From positions 20,774-84,773 of the forward strand of contig JAYZBV010000100.1 in assembly GCA_036338595.1 (NCBI GenBank): a stretch of 64,000 bases of DNA. The letters are read 5' to 3'. Position numbers and translations under genes: made by a program. The notes below the pieces were generated by a model. The model had not been told where the DNA came from. It worked only from the letters and a program-made list of their open reading frames with translations, and made no database searches. Each line of letters opens with the position of its first letter. Position 1 is the stretch's first letter. Positions 27,321-36,961 of the stretch are shown here, in pieces. Origin of the DNA: Planctomycetota bacterium. Its GTDB lineage: Bacteria; Planctomycetota; UBA8108; UBA1146.

Positions 27321-28246
27321 GCCAGGTTGTAGAGCACTTCGAACCATAAGAGCCACGCCTCCAGGATCGCCAGCAGCACCACCAGTTGGGTCACCGTTGA
27401 TCGAAGCAGCCGGGTGAGCCATCGCTCGCTGGAGTCGGTCTGATAGCCAGCGAGCCAGTTACGGCAGCGAAAGAGAACGACGAACCCCCAGATGCTACTG
27501 CCGGCGATGAGTCCCAGCGGTTCGAGCAGTGGATTGCCTGTACCCTCGACACCTTGTTTCCACAGTGCCAGCAAGGTCAGTGCGACGCTCGAGACGAAGA
27601 TGGCACCGACCAGGGATGCCAGCGTATCGACGGCCCGGCCAGGGTGTGAAATCAACCCGATCAAGAATGCGGTAGCGACCAGCAGAAGAATTGCGGCATC
27701 CATCAGTAGCGGTAACTTGTCGACGGTGTTCTGGATGCCGGGATCAGAGTGAATGGGTTCTCCCAGGATCAGAGGCACCAGCCAGGTGAGCAGTGCGATC
27801 AGCACGATACTCCCGATCAGCCGGTAGCGAGCGACCCATCGAGGCTCTGGAAAGGTCGGATCGGGAGCGCTGGCAGGGGGCGAGAGCAGTCGTCGCCACG
27901 CGGCCACAAAGCGGTATCCGATGCACATCACCAGGAACAGGGGGGCCAGGTCGAGTAACCCACCGAGAGCCCGCGGTAGCCTCCTTTGCAGCAACCATCG
28001 AAAGGCAGCGGCTCCTGTGAGGACATCTGTTCGGTGCGAGTCGAGCAGGACGATCTCACCCGCTCGGCGATGCCGGTCAAGCAAACTCCGGTCGTCACCG
28101 CTCACGAGTGCTGCCGCTTGCGTGTCGATTCCCCTGAGGAGCCCCATCCGTTCCATCGAACGGATACTGCGGATACACATCCGACAATCTCCATCGTAGG
28201 CCAGTAGAGGATCCCGAGAAGTGTCAGGAGTCTCCAGTGGGGTCAT
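27317..28246 (-). CDS. DCC1-like thiol-disulfide oxidoreductase domain fused to a polytopic membrane domain
   Basis: YDGDCRMC (DxxCxxC), GYRFVAAWR and several C-terminal hydrophobic helices. ATGA overlap with the mtnA stop. Confidence 0.72.
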   Translation of the reverse strand: MTPLETPDTSRDPLLAYDGDCRMCIRSIRSMERMGLLRGIDTQAAALVSGDDRSLLDRHRRAGEIVLLDSHRTDVLTGAAAFRWLLQRRLPRALGGLLDLAPLFLVMCIGYRFVAAWRRLLSPPASAPDPTFPEPRWVARYRLIGSIVLIALLTWLVPLILGEPIHSDPGIQNTVDKLPLLMDAAILLLVATAFLIGLISHPGRAVDTLASLVGAIFVSSVALTLLALWKQGVEGTGNPLLEPLGLIAGSSIWGFVVLFRCRNWLAGYQTDSSERWLTRLLRSTVTQLVVLLAILEAWLLWFEVLYNLA

Positions 28247-29322
28247 TTGCGCATCTCCTCGAAGGGCGGCTGGAGGATTCCAAGTTCGGTGATCCAACCT
28301 GCGATGTGTGAGGCGGGAGTCACATCAAAGGCTGGATTACGGTACCCGATGCCCTCCAGAGGTTTCTTCTGGCCCGTCAGTGACCAGATCTCAGCAGTGG
28401 ATCGCTGCTCTATGGGGATCTCGCTACCGCTGTCGATGTTGAGATCGAAGGTGGAGGAGGGTGCGGCGATGTAGAAGGGGACCTCGTGGGCGCGGGCCAG
28501 CGCAGCGATGCTGTAGGTGCCGATCTTGTTGGCGGCATCCCCATTGGCGGCAATCCGATCCGATCCTGTGATCACCAGGTCGATCGCGCCCTTCTGAAAG
28601 AAACTACCCGCTGCTCCATCACAGATGACATCGACGGGGATCCCGATCCGCTGCAATTCCCATGCGGTCAGGCGTGAGCCCTGCAACAGTGGCCTGGTTT
28701 CATCGGCGAGAACGCTGAATCGCGTTCCTCTCTGCCATGCAGTGTAGAGCACCGAGAGCGCCGTTCCCCTGCCGGCGGTGGCCAGTGCACCGGCATTACA
28801 ATGCGTCAGGATGGTGGAGCCTTCCTCGATCAGGTCTGCTCCCGACTCACCGATTCCACGGCAGAAGCTCTGGTCCTCCTCATCGATGGCACGGGCCTCT
28901 TCAAGCAATCTCTCTCGCAATTGCTGACAGCCCTGACCATCGGAGACCGCTTCCATCGCAACCGCCGACATCCGATCCACCATGTGATGGAGATTGACTG
29001 CGGTGGGGCGTGCGGCGCGCATCGAAGGGATCGTCTCAGCCAGTTTCGCCTGAAGTTGCTCGAGCTGGGTGCAACCTCGCAGCGCCAGACAGAGTCCGTA
29101 GGCAGCCGCGACGCCGATGGCGGGTGCTCCTCGGACGGCCAGCTGCTGGATCGCCTCAATCACCTGATGGGGCTCTGCGAGGACACGTTCCTGCTCCCGG
29201 TCGGGCAGCAGCGTCTGATCGAGGATGTGCAGCACTCCATCGACATCCCCGACCCAACGAAGGGTCCGGAAGTTCAACGAACCGAGATCCTGAATCTTCG
29301 ACTCCTCGCTTCCAGCCACCAT
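28243..29322 (-). CDS. mtnA: S-methyl-5-thioribose-1-phosphate isomerase
   Basis: LDQTLLP, VRGAPAIG, ARPTAVNL, LTHCNAGALAT, DETRPLLQGSRLTAWEL, ANKIGTY and NPAFDVTP. Confidence 0.96.
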   Translation of the reverse strand: MVAGSEESKIQDLGSLNFRTLRWVGDVDGVLHILDQTLLPDREQERVLAEPHQVIEAIQQLAVRGAPAIGVAAAYGLCLALRGCTQLEQLQAKLAETIPSMRAARPTAVNLHHMVDRMSAVAMEAVSDGQGCQQLRERLLEEARAIDEEDQSFCRGIGESGADLIEEGSTILTHCNAGALATAGRGTALSVLYTAWQRGTRFSVLADETRPLLQGSRLTAWELQRIGIPVDVICDGAAGSFFQKGAIDLVITGSDRIAANGDAANKIGTYSIAALARAHEVPFYIAAPSSTFDLNIDSGSEIPIEQRSTAEIWSLTGQKKPLEGIGYRNPAFDVTPASHIAGWITELGILQPPFEEMRK

Positions 29323-31568
29323 CGGCGGTTTCCTTCCCTGCGTCGGCACGGAGATGCCGGTTCGCACGGCATCATCGACAAGGGTGAGCGTTCGAGCAAG
29401 GGATCCGTCTCATCGATTAGCGAAGTGGAATCGGGGCCAGCCCGGCTCTGCCATCTGGAAAGCGCCAGTGCCCTCTGCGTTGCGGGTGGCAGAGGACCCC
29501 TGCGTGCTGCCATCCAGCGCACTGGCGCGAGCCTCGAGATCCAGTCGGCGAGGCCCTCTGCAGGGGAGCCGTGGTGCGGCAGTAGCAACAGATCGATCGG
29601 CCCGGAAGCGAGGCTGGACGCCAGCAGAGCCGCTTCGGCATCTCCTGCGAGTAGCATCGAGTGCCGGAGCCCCAACAATTCCAGCACCAGCGACCTGTTG
29701 TTGGTCGAGATCGGCGGCCCTGCCCGCTGTGAACCTTGTGCCGAGATGGCACGAAGGTGCCAGCTTCCCAGTCGCAGTCGATCTCCCGCACCGATGTGCA
29801 GCACGGGGATCCCGCGCCGAGATGCGATTCTTTCCAGTGCGCTTCCTGTCGCATCGAGCGAGAAACCGTCACTGACGATCAGTCCCCCGACGGAGCCAGT
29901 CTGGAGCAACTCCGGTACGGCAGAATAGTGATCGAGGTGGAGGTGCGAGATGATGATCCAGTCCGCTCTGTGTCGACCCAGCCGCCATAATTCCCGCCGG
30001 ATCATCGCAGCACCGCCGTCGAGGGCATCGATGGCGCCCGCATCGTAGAGCAGCGTCGAATCGGGTGCATCGAGAAGCAGGCACTGTCCGCGACCCGTAG
30101 GAAGCAGGCGAACTGATTCCACGCTGCCCATCGTTGCCGAGATGGAAAAGGCGCCCACCGCCAGCAGGGTCGTACCCAGTGCCAGTCGTAGCCGGCCAGC
30201 GCTGACCCAGAGGAGTGCCAGCATCCCCAGCGACAGTGCCGGTACTCCGATGCAAGGAGCCAGCCACGGGCTGCCGGGACATCGATCTGCGAGGCGGGGA
30301 ATGCCGACGAGGATCCAGTCGAGTCCATGCCAGCACGGCTCCAACCAGGAGACAGGCAGCAGCATTTCGGGCAGCATGTTGAGTAGCCCCAGCAGGATTC
30401 CTGCCCCGACAGGGGGCAGCATCAGCAGCGTGAAGATCGGTGACAACGGCGACAGTTCAGGACTCCACCATGCGAGAGCGACATGAGCGCCAAAGAATGC
30501 ACCCAGTCCTGCAGAGAGGGTCGAGTGATTTTCACCTCGACAGAATCCAACGACATGGATCCCCGCCACGGCGCTCAGTGAGATGGTGGCTGCCGGCGAT
30601 GGTGGAGCCAATCCCATGGCACACCAGATCAGCATCGAGAAGGACAGGGCGTGGAAAGGAGATGGGATCCTTCCACCCAGAAGTCCGCTGGCGAGCATCG
30701 CACCGGTCATGGCGGCACGAATCGCAGGAGGGTCTGCACCGGAGAGAAACGCCTGCCCAAGGACAAGGATCGCTCCGCAGCAGCGCAGCGAGTGCGACCA
30801 GGGAGGCCGAAGTCGTCTCGCCAGAGCCAGGAAGAAACCGAGTACGATGCCGATGTGCAATCCACTCACTGCCAGCAGATGTCCGAGCCCGGTTCTGCGC
30901 ATCGTCCAGCGAGTCTCTGCATCCAGCAGTCCACGTTCTCCCAGCAGCAACGCACATCCCCAGGCACCATCCGCTGCCAACAGGCGATCGATGGCAGCCT
31001 GCCGCCAGTGATCGGCGCGCGCCATCCAGCCACCCGGCTCGATGATGTGCCAGTTTCTGGAGGAGCTCACCTGGCGATGACTTCCCGTTCCCGCTCGTAG
31101 AAGCAGATGCAGCCGATCTCCACGACCCACGCGGGCGGGCTCCGGCAGCGTGACGCTGATTTCCCCCTCGATCCGGAGGTCGCTGCAGCGGATCTGATCG
31201 ATCTTGATGCGGGTATATAGATTCTGGTTTGCCAGCTGGCGTCGGCGTTGCCCCAGTCGAGGAGTCGAGGATACGATTCCATCGAGAGTGACAGGTCCAG
31301 AGGGCAAGACCGCTTCTTGCGGTTGCTGGCCTTGACCGAGATAGATGCCGATCAGTAACGGTAACAGCATGCGAAGCATCAGCGATCGAGGCCCAGGTAG
31401 GCAGCCGATTCCGGCGACCACCAGCAGCATCAGCGGAGTGCCAATTCCGTCAGGAAGCTTCCACAGCCAGGGTCCCAGTGTGCCGATCCAGAGAGACAAC
31501 GCCGGAATCGCGAGCGGCGATCGGCTCGCTTCCCTCACTTCTGAACTCGAGATCCCTCGATGATTCAT
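29274..31568 (-). CDS. comEC: ComEC/Rec2 DNA-uptake channel with metallo-beta-lactamase domain
   Basis: GLGHLLAVSGLHIG competence motif, many TM helices, GRGQC, SHLHLDH, NNRSLVL, LAGD and PHHGS. Confidence 0.85.
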   Translation of the reverse strand: MNHRGISSSEVREASRSPLAIPALSLWIGTLGPWLWKLPDGIGTPLMLLVVAGIGCLPGPRSLMLRMLLPLLIGIYLGQGQQPQEAVLPSGPVTLDGIVSSTPRLGQRRRQLANQNLYTRIKIDQIRCSDLRIEGEISVTLPEPARVGRGDRLHLLLRAGTGSHRQVSSSRNWHIIEPGGWMARADHWRQAAIDRLLAADGAWGCALLLGERGLLDAETRWTMRRTGLGHLLAVSGLHIGIVLGFFLALARRLRPPWSHSLRCCGAILVLGQAFLSGADPPAIRAAMTGAMLASGLLGGRIPSPFHALSFSMLIWCAMGLAPPSPAATISLSAVAGIHVVGFCRGENHSTLSAGLGAFFGAHVALAWWSPELSPLSPIFTLLMLPPVGAGILLGLLNMLPEMLLPVSWLEPCWHGLDWILVGIPRLADRCPGSPWLAPCIGVPALSLGMLALLWVSAGRLRLALGTTLLAVGAFSISATMGSVESVRLLPTGRGQCLLLDAPDSTLLYDAGAIDALDGGAAMIRRELWRLGRHRADWIIISHLHLDHYSAVPELLQTGSVGGLIVSDGFSLDATGSALERIASRRGIPVLHIGAGDRLRLGSWHLRAISAQGSQRAGPPISTNNRSLVLELLGLRHSMLLAGDAEAALLASSLASGPIDLLLLPHHGSPAEGLADWISRLAPVRWMAARRGPLPPATQRALALSRWQSRAGPDSTSLIDETDPLLERSPLSMMPCEPASPCRRREGNRRWWLEARSRRFRISVR

Positions 31569-31769
31569 GACCGCGCTCGCCTCCGCCGGGCCATATCAGG
31601 CTGTATGGCTGCTTTTCCATGAAAACCGGCGAGCACTCCCCCCGGGACACAACTCAGGAGTGTCAGGTTGCTCATGACAGCGCTGCGAACCAGTCAGCAG
31701 ATGCATTCAATGCCCGGATCTGGTCGAATGGAGGGGCATCGCGGATCCGGATGCTCGGAAGGATGCCTC

Positions 31770-34700
31770 ATGTCCAGAAACTCACTGATCGCCGTCGGGC
31801 TGGTCGTTGCACTGGCGTTCCTCATCGGCATCTTTCTGGGCGATCAGTCCAGCGCTCCTCCTTTCGTCGAGCGAGCGCAAGATGAAGAAGTGACTGTCGA
31901 CGGCGAGTTCGTCAGTGGTGAGCCGCTGATTACGGATACGGATCAGGCAGGCGTTGAGGAGCAGCCCCCCGCGCAAGTGTGGGGCATCATCTCGGCACCC
32001 GAGGGAGGCGTGGCTCCGCTGGCCGAGGTTTCCATCTACAGGGTTCGATTTCCCGATCGCTTCATCGACCGTGGAGGAGTCTCGCTATTCGAGGTCATCG
32101 ACTGGGACGAGGTTCGCTCGGTCGGTTCTCGACTGACAAGGCTGCCGCTTCGTAATGAACTGGGCAACTCGCTGCAACGGGTCTCGGAGACCCTCGCGGA
32201 TGACCGGGGTCGGTATCAGTTTCACGGCCTCGATGCGGGAAGTTATCTGGTCGCTGCATCCGCAGCCGGTTCCTTATTGACTCCAGCGCAGCAATTGATC
32301 GAGTTGGCGGATTCGGTAAAGCGCCAGGATCTGATGCTGTTGCCAGGGGCAAGCCTGACGGTTCGAACCAGGAGCGCTTCGGGAGTAGAGGCTGAGTGTC
32401 GTGTCATCGTCAGAGGGACGATGGTCGACTCGTCTGCGGGTAATGAAACCTGGTACCTGTCGCGAGAGGAACTGCTTCTCTACATGCTCAACCCTCCGAT
32501 GCTGGAGGGGAAAACCGATGCCGATGGTGTGGTCCAGTTTGACCACCTTCCACCGCTTGAGTACACCGTCTATGCACAGAAGCCACCGCTTGCACAGGCG
32601 AGCAAGAGATTGAATCTGATCGATGCTCGAGAGATCACCCTCGAACTGGTCCCCGGTGCGCTGATCGATGGCATGGTGTTCACCGTCGATGGAACCGCAG
32701 TCGAAGGCAGCATCGTCAAACTGGTGGAGTCGGGACGCAACCGCTGGGGAGAAGTGCCACGCCCACTGCCCGAGACGATCAGTGACGCTGCAGGGCGTTT
32801 CCTGTTGCAGGGCGTTCCACCGGGCAGTTTCGAGATCGTCACGGAGGCGAAGGGATTCATCGAAGGCCGTGTGACCGGCATCGAGGTGGAATCCGATGAG
32901 ACGATCCCGGTCGAGGTTGTGCTCGAGCAGGGTGCGGTGATCCGGGGTATCGTCCGAGATGGGGCTGGCGCGCCGCTACCTGGCATCGATGTCGCTGCCG
33001 AGACCACTGCTCGTGGTGGTCGCCCGGCAACCAAGGTGGTGACCGATGAAGCGGGACAGTTCAACATCGATACCTTGACGCCAGGCGAGTACCGCCTCAC
33101 CTGCTCCGGTTCCGGCTGGCGCCGCTCCCGAGAAAGGGTCGAGACGGGACCTGAACTGGTCGAGGTGACCCTTGATGAGGCACCAGTACTGACGGGAAGG
33201 GTGATCCAACCCGGCGGTGAACCGATCTCGCGCGCACTGGTGCAGATCGATCAGAACTGGGGCGGTGGAGACTCCACATCTTCAGATTCTGAGGGGCGTT
33301 TTCGGCTGGTGCTGGAGGTGGGTGGAGATCGCATCGTCGTCACGGCTCGTGGCTTCGCAAGATTCAGCCAGGACATCCTCGATGAGGGGGGTGACCTGGG
33401 GGATCTGGTGCTGTCACCGGCGGAACTGGTCGAGGGGCTGGTCCTGTCACCCGATGGCAGCCCGCTCTCCGGAGCACGGGTCACTGCATCGGAGCAGGTC
33501 GAAGGATCGCGGCGGCAACGTCGAGCCAGCAGCACCGCCTGGTCGGATGTCAACGGCAGTTTCAAACTCGAACTTCCGCAGCCAGATCGGCGCTGGGGGA
33601 TCAAGGGTTCCTTTCCGCTGCTTCTTGAGAGTGATGTGCTGACCGTCGAACCCCGGGGCAACAACGTCACAGGAGTGCAATTGGTCCTGCGATGGGGCGC
33701 TGAAGTGAGTGGGACCGTGGTTGGAGAAGGCGTCGCTGTCGTGGGTGCTTCAGTGACTCTTTCCTACGGAAGAAGTCGAAACAGAAATCGCAGTGCGAGA
33801 ACCGATGAAGCAGGTCAGTTCATGATTCGAGGTCTCGAGGCGGGGACCTTTTCTCTCAGAGCGAGTGCCGAAGGCTTTGGAGATGCGAGAATTGATCAGA
33901 TCGTTCTTGCCCCCGATGAACAGCGACGAGTCGAGATCCAGTTACGACGCGAGGCCGAACTCACGGGGATTGTCATCGATCATTTCGGTGCTCCGATGGC
34001 CTCGGTTCGGGTTTCGGTGTCCGATTCTTCCGGTGCCTGGCGACGAAGCAATACCGCTGACGATGGGCGCTTTTCCATCGATCAGCTGGCTCCTGGCCTG
34101 GTCAATATCCGTGCCGAGGCTACCGGATTCATGCGGTCGACGCTGAGCGATATCGATCCTGCACTCGGGCCCATCGAGATCGTCATGGATCGCAGCTATG
34201 AACTGAGGGGATTTGTCGTCGATGCCGAGACGGGAGACCCCATCTCCCGCGCGCGGGTGTCTGCACAGCGAGAAGGTACTCGCGGCAGCTGGGATAGAGC
34301 CAGTCGGGAGGGGTTGTTCCGCATCGACGGACTGCGAGCGGGTCAGTACCGGGTGAGTGCTTCTGCGGATGGATTCATCAGCGCCAGCTTCAACATCGAG
34401 GTCCCTGGCAATGATCCCGAGGAGTTGATCGTGATCGAACTGGAGCCAGGGGGCAGGATCATCGTCGATGTCGTCGACCTGGCAGGAGCTTCGGTGGAGG
34501 GGGCCAGCCTGCGCGCCTATCGCCTCGAAGACGACGCAGTGGGGGGGTCGGAGGCCTCGAGTCGCAGTTCTTCACGTTCCGATGCCAGAGCCTCGACCGA
34601 CGTGGGAGGCCGAGGCACTCTCGTTGGGCTCATCGATGGGTTCTATCGCGTGTCGATTGACCATGCGATGTACATCCCGACTCAATCCGTTGCGATACTG

Positions 34701-34994
34701 AAGAAGATCGAGGGGAGCGCCCGGGTTCGAGTGGTTCTCGAGCGCGGCGCATCCATCCGTGGTCAGGTCAGAGATGCATCAGGTAATCTGGTCAGGAACG
34801 GTCGCATCGTTGCCAGGGGCCCTGTACGACGAAGCGGCTCCGTGGACGATTCGGGTAATTATTCGATAGCCGGACTGGTCGAGGGAAGCTACGAGGTCGC
34901 TTTCGATGATCGTAGATATGATCTGGATCCTGCTCCCCGCGGGCAGATTGAAGTGAGCGGAACCGAGCAGCGCATCCTTGATCTGCGCCCCTGA
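31770..34994 (+). CDS. Membrane-anchored protein with many tandem carboxypeptidase-regulatory-like (CarboxypepD_reg/prealbumin-fold) repeats
   Basis: N-terminal TM. Repeated GxVxxxxGxPxxGAxV...TDxxGxFxxxxLxxGxY units throughout. Confidence 0.8.
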   Translation: MSRNSLIAVGLVVALAFLIGIFLGDQSSAPPFVERAQDEEVTVDGEFVSGEPLITDTDQAGVEEQPPAQVWGIISAPEGGVAPLAEVSIYRVRFPDRFIDRGGVSLFEVIDWDEVRSVGSRLTRLPLRNELGNSLQRVSETLADDRGRYQFHGLDAGSYLVAASAAGSLLTPAQQLIELADSVKRQDLMLLPGASLTVRTRSASGVEAECRVIVRGTMVDSSAGNETWYLSREELLLYMLNPPMLEGKTDADGVVQFDHLPPLEYTVYAQKPPLAQASKRLNLIDAREITLELVPGALIDGMVFTVDGTAVEGSIVKLVESGRNRWGEVPRPLPETISDAAGRFLLQGVPPGSFEIVTEAKGFIEGRVTGIEVESDETIPVEVVLEQGAVIRGIVRDGAGAPLPGIDVAAETTARGGRPATKVVTDEAGQFNIDTLTPGEYRLTCSGSGWRRSRERVETGPELVEVTLDEAPVLTGRVIQPGGEPISRALVQIDQNWGGGDSTSSDSEGRFRLVLEVGGDRIVVTARGFARFSQDILDEGGDLGDLVLSPAELVEGLVLSPDGSPLSGARVTASEQVEGSRRQRRASSTAWSDVNGSFKLELPQPDRRWGIKGSFPLLLESDVLTVEPRGNNVTGVQLVLRWGAEVSGTVVGEGVAVVGASVTLSYGRSRNRNRSARTDEAGQFMIRGLEAGTFSLRASAEGFGDARIDQIVLAPDEQRRVEIQLRREAELTGIVIDHFGAPMASVRVSVSDSSGAWRRSNTADDGRFSIDQLAPGLVNIRAEATGFMRSTLSDIDPALGPIEIVMDRSYELRGFVVDAETGDPISRARVSAQREGTRGSWDRASREGLFRIDGLRAGQYRVSASADGFISASFNIEVPGNDPEELIVIELEPGGRIIVDVVDLAGASVEGASLRAYRLEDDAVGGSEASSRSSSRSDARASTDVGGRGTLVGLIDGFYRVSIDHAMYIPTQSVAILKKIEGSARVRVVLERGASIRGQVRDASGNLVRNGRIVARGPVRRSGSVDDSGNYSIAGLVEGSYEVAFDDRRYDLDPAPRGQIEVSGTEQRILDLRP

Positions 34995-35174
34995 AAGCAC
35001 TTTCCGAATCCCCGGTATTCCTCGGTACATCCCACCCGATTGGCCTTTTGTGGCAAATTTCGTTATTATTCAAGGGACGCTGCATCCGGATCTTTGAGTT
35101 CTTTCCCTCCCGCTGGAGCGGATCGAGTCGGAATCTTGTCAGTAGTTGCGTCCGGAGGCCCGGAAGGATCCAGC

Positions 35175-36857
35175 ATGATCGACAATTTCTCTGGCGATCG
35201 CCCTCGATATCTCCTGCTGAGTAAGGGTCTGATGCGATTTCTGGTCGCTGTATTCCTCTTTTCGACGGCCAGCACCATCCACATCTTCATGGCCGGTCCG
35301 GGAGCGTCAGCACTCGGGACTGCATTCTCGACGAACTCGCTGGAGACAGCAGAAGTTGCGAATCCAAACGGTGATATCGAAGCGCCAGAGGCCGCCTCTC
35401 AGGATGACGATGTCCCGAAGCCGAAACTCACCGAGCAAGAAGCAGCGATGCAGATCATCAGCGTCGAGGCTCGCATTCCTGAAGATGTGCGAAAGCCAGT
35501 CGGGATGACGCTGAGAGAACTGCAAGACCTGACCGACCAGACTCTGATTCGTGGGGAGAAGTACCTGCAGGATTTTCCTGAGGGGGACTCCCGGTCACAG
35601 GTGATACCGATCCTTTGCCGTCTCTACCTGATGAACTCGAGTCGAACCTTCATCGATGCCACCCGCCTCTACAAGGAGCGTACAGGAACCAGTCCGGATC
35701 CATCCTGGATCAAGGTCTTGCGGGCCAATTACTTCACCCGGATCCTCGGTCATCTCGAAGAGGCGCTGGCCGGTATTGACGAGGGGGAGAGCGACTGCAA
35801 GCTGGTCCGCTTGAAAGCAGATACCTTCTGGCACTCCCAGCAGTACTCCCGCGCCATAGCGCAGTACAGACTCCTGGTGGAACGCTGCTCCTCGATGGGG
35901 GACCTGGATGTGGTGCGCTGCGCATTGCTCAATTCTCAACTGCGTGACCATGACCATTCGGGCGCGGTATCGACTGCAGACTCGTTTCTTGCAAACCATA
36001 GTGACTCGGAATTGCTGCCTCATGTCTTGCATCTGCGAGGCAAGGCGCTGATGGAAGCGGGGCGATTGCTGGATGCTCTCGCCTGGTGGAAATCAATCGA
36101 AGATGTCATCCATGCTGCTGCCACTGGAGCAGCTGTGGTTCTCGGTGGAGAGACGGTTCCCATCAGTGCCAAGACGCGAGCAGACTTTCAGCGCTACCAC
36201 GAAGAAATCAACTTCACTCTCGGGTTCATCGAGTTTGCGCTGGGTGAGTATCGCTCAGCGGAACAGAGTTTCCGCGAGGAGAAGGATCTTCTGCTCGCAC
36301 GCCAGAGCGAGAACTTGATCACCAATGTTGGTCAGGTTTATATCAATCGAACAGATCGAGTTTACGACAGCCTTGTTCGGCTTGCCGGAAAACCTTCGCC
36401 GCCACTCGATCTCGGGGACGGTTGGATTGCGAATGTGTCGCTCGATCCGATCCAGGAACAGGGCAATGTGGTGCTGCTGCTCTTTGCACCGTACGAAAAT
36501 GTACGCTACCGAGATGTGCTCAAGAAATTACAAGAACTCTATAATGCTCACTGGCACGAAGGCCTGAGAGTTGCATGGGTTGCCATCCCCAAGGGGCAGA
36601 ACGATCTGCCCGGGCAGATGGCGAAGCTGGCTCATGACGCATCCAGCAAGGGACTCGCCTTTCCTGTGGGGATGGAACTCGACAAGGATTACTCGAATTA
36701 CAGGGCCTATAACTGCGCCGTGGGAGGCGGAACCCTGGTCGCCATAGATCGCAAGGGCAACTTCTGCTGGTACAAGATGGATCCGACCTTTCGCGATGAT
36801 TCGATCATCTCCGTCGTAGCCAGGCGCCTGCTAGAATCGGACTCCGGGCAGAAGTAG
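35175..36857 (+). CDS. Exported or anchored TPR protein with C-terminal TlpA/thioredoxin-like fold lacking CXXC
   Basis: TPR-like helices (AIAQYRLL, FLANHSDSELLPHVL). C-terminal GKPSPPL...GNVVLLLFAPY...LQELY...GLRVAWV...TLVAIDRKG. Confidence 0.6.
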   Translation: MIDNFSGDRPRYLLLSKGLMRFLVAVFLFSTASTIHIFMAGPGASALGTAFSTNSLETAEVANPNGDIEAPEAASQDDDVPKPKLTEQEAAMQIISVEARIPEDVRKPVGMTLRELQDLTDQTLIRGEKYLQDFPEGDSRSQVIPILCRLYLMNSSRTFIDATRLYKERTGTSPDPSWIKVLRANYFTRILGHLEEALAGIDEGESDCKLVRLKADTFWHSQQYSRAIAQYRLLVERCSSMGDLDVVRCALLNSQLRDHDHSGAVSTADSFLANHSDSELLPHVLHLRGKALMEAGRLLDALAWWKSIEDVIHAAATGAAVVLGGETVPISAKTRADFQRYHEEINFTLGFIEFALGEYRSAEQSFREEKDLLLARQSENLITNVGQVYINRTDRVYDSLVRLAGKPSPPLDLGDGWIANVSLDPIQEQGNVVLLLFAPYENVRYRDVLKKLQELYNAHWHEGLRVAWVAIPKGQNDLPGQMAKLAHDASSKGLAFPVGMELDKDYSNYRAYNCAVGGGTLVAIDRKGNFCWYKMDPTFRDDSIISVVARRLLESDSGQK

Positions 36858-36961
36858 GGCATTCATCCGCCCCCTGTTGAGGGGATACAATAGATCTCGA
36901 TCAAGGCAGGTACCCTGAAGAGGGTCTCTGCTGCGTTTTGGCTGACTGAAGGAGTCTGAAG

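Noticed and set aside
28801..29928. Long antisense or alternate-frame ORFs (this one, 40184-41335, 54056-55180 and others)
   Set aside because: They are shadows of well-supported genes in GC-rich DNA and carry no protein motifs.
32040..32060. GGGTTCGATTTCCC tRNA T-loop-like motif
   Set aside because: It lies inside a CDS and there is no cloverleaf around it.
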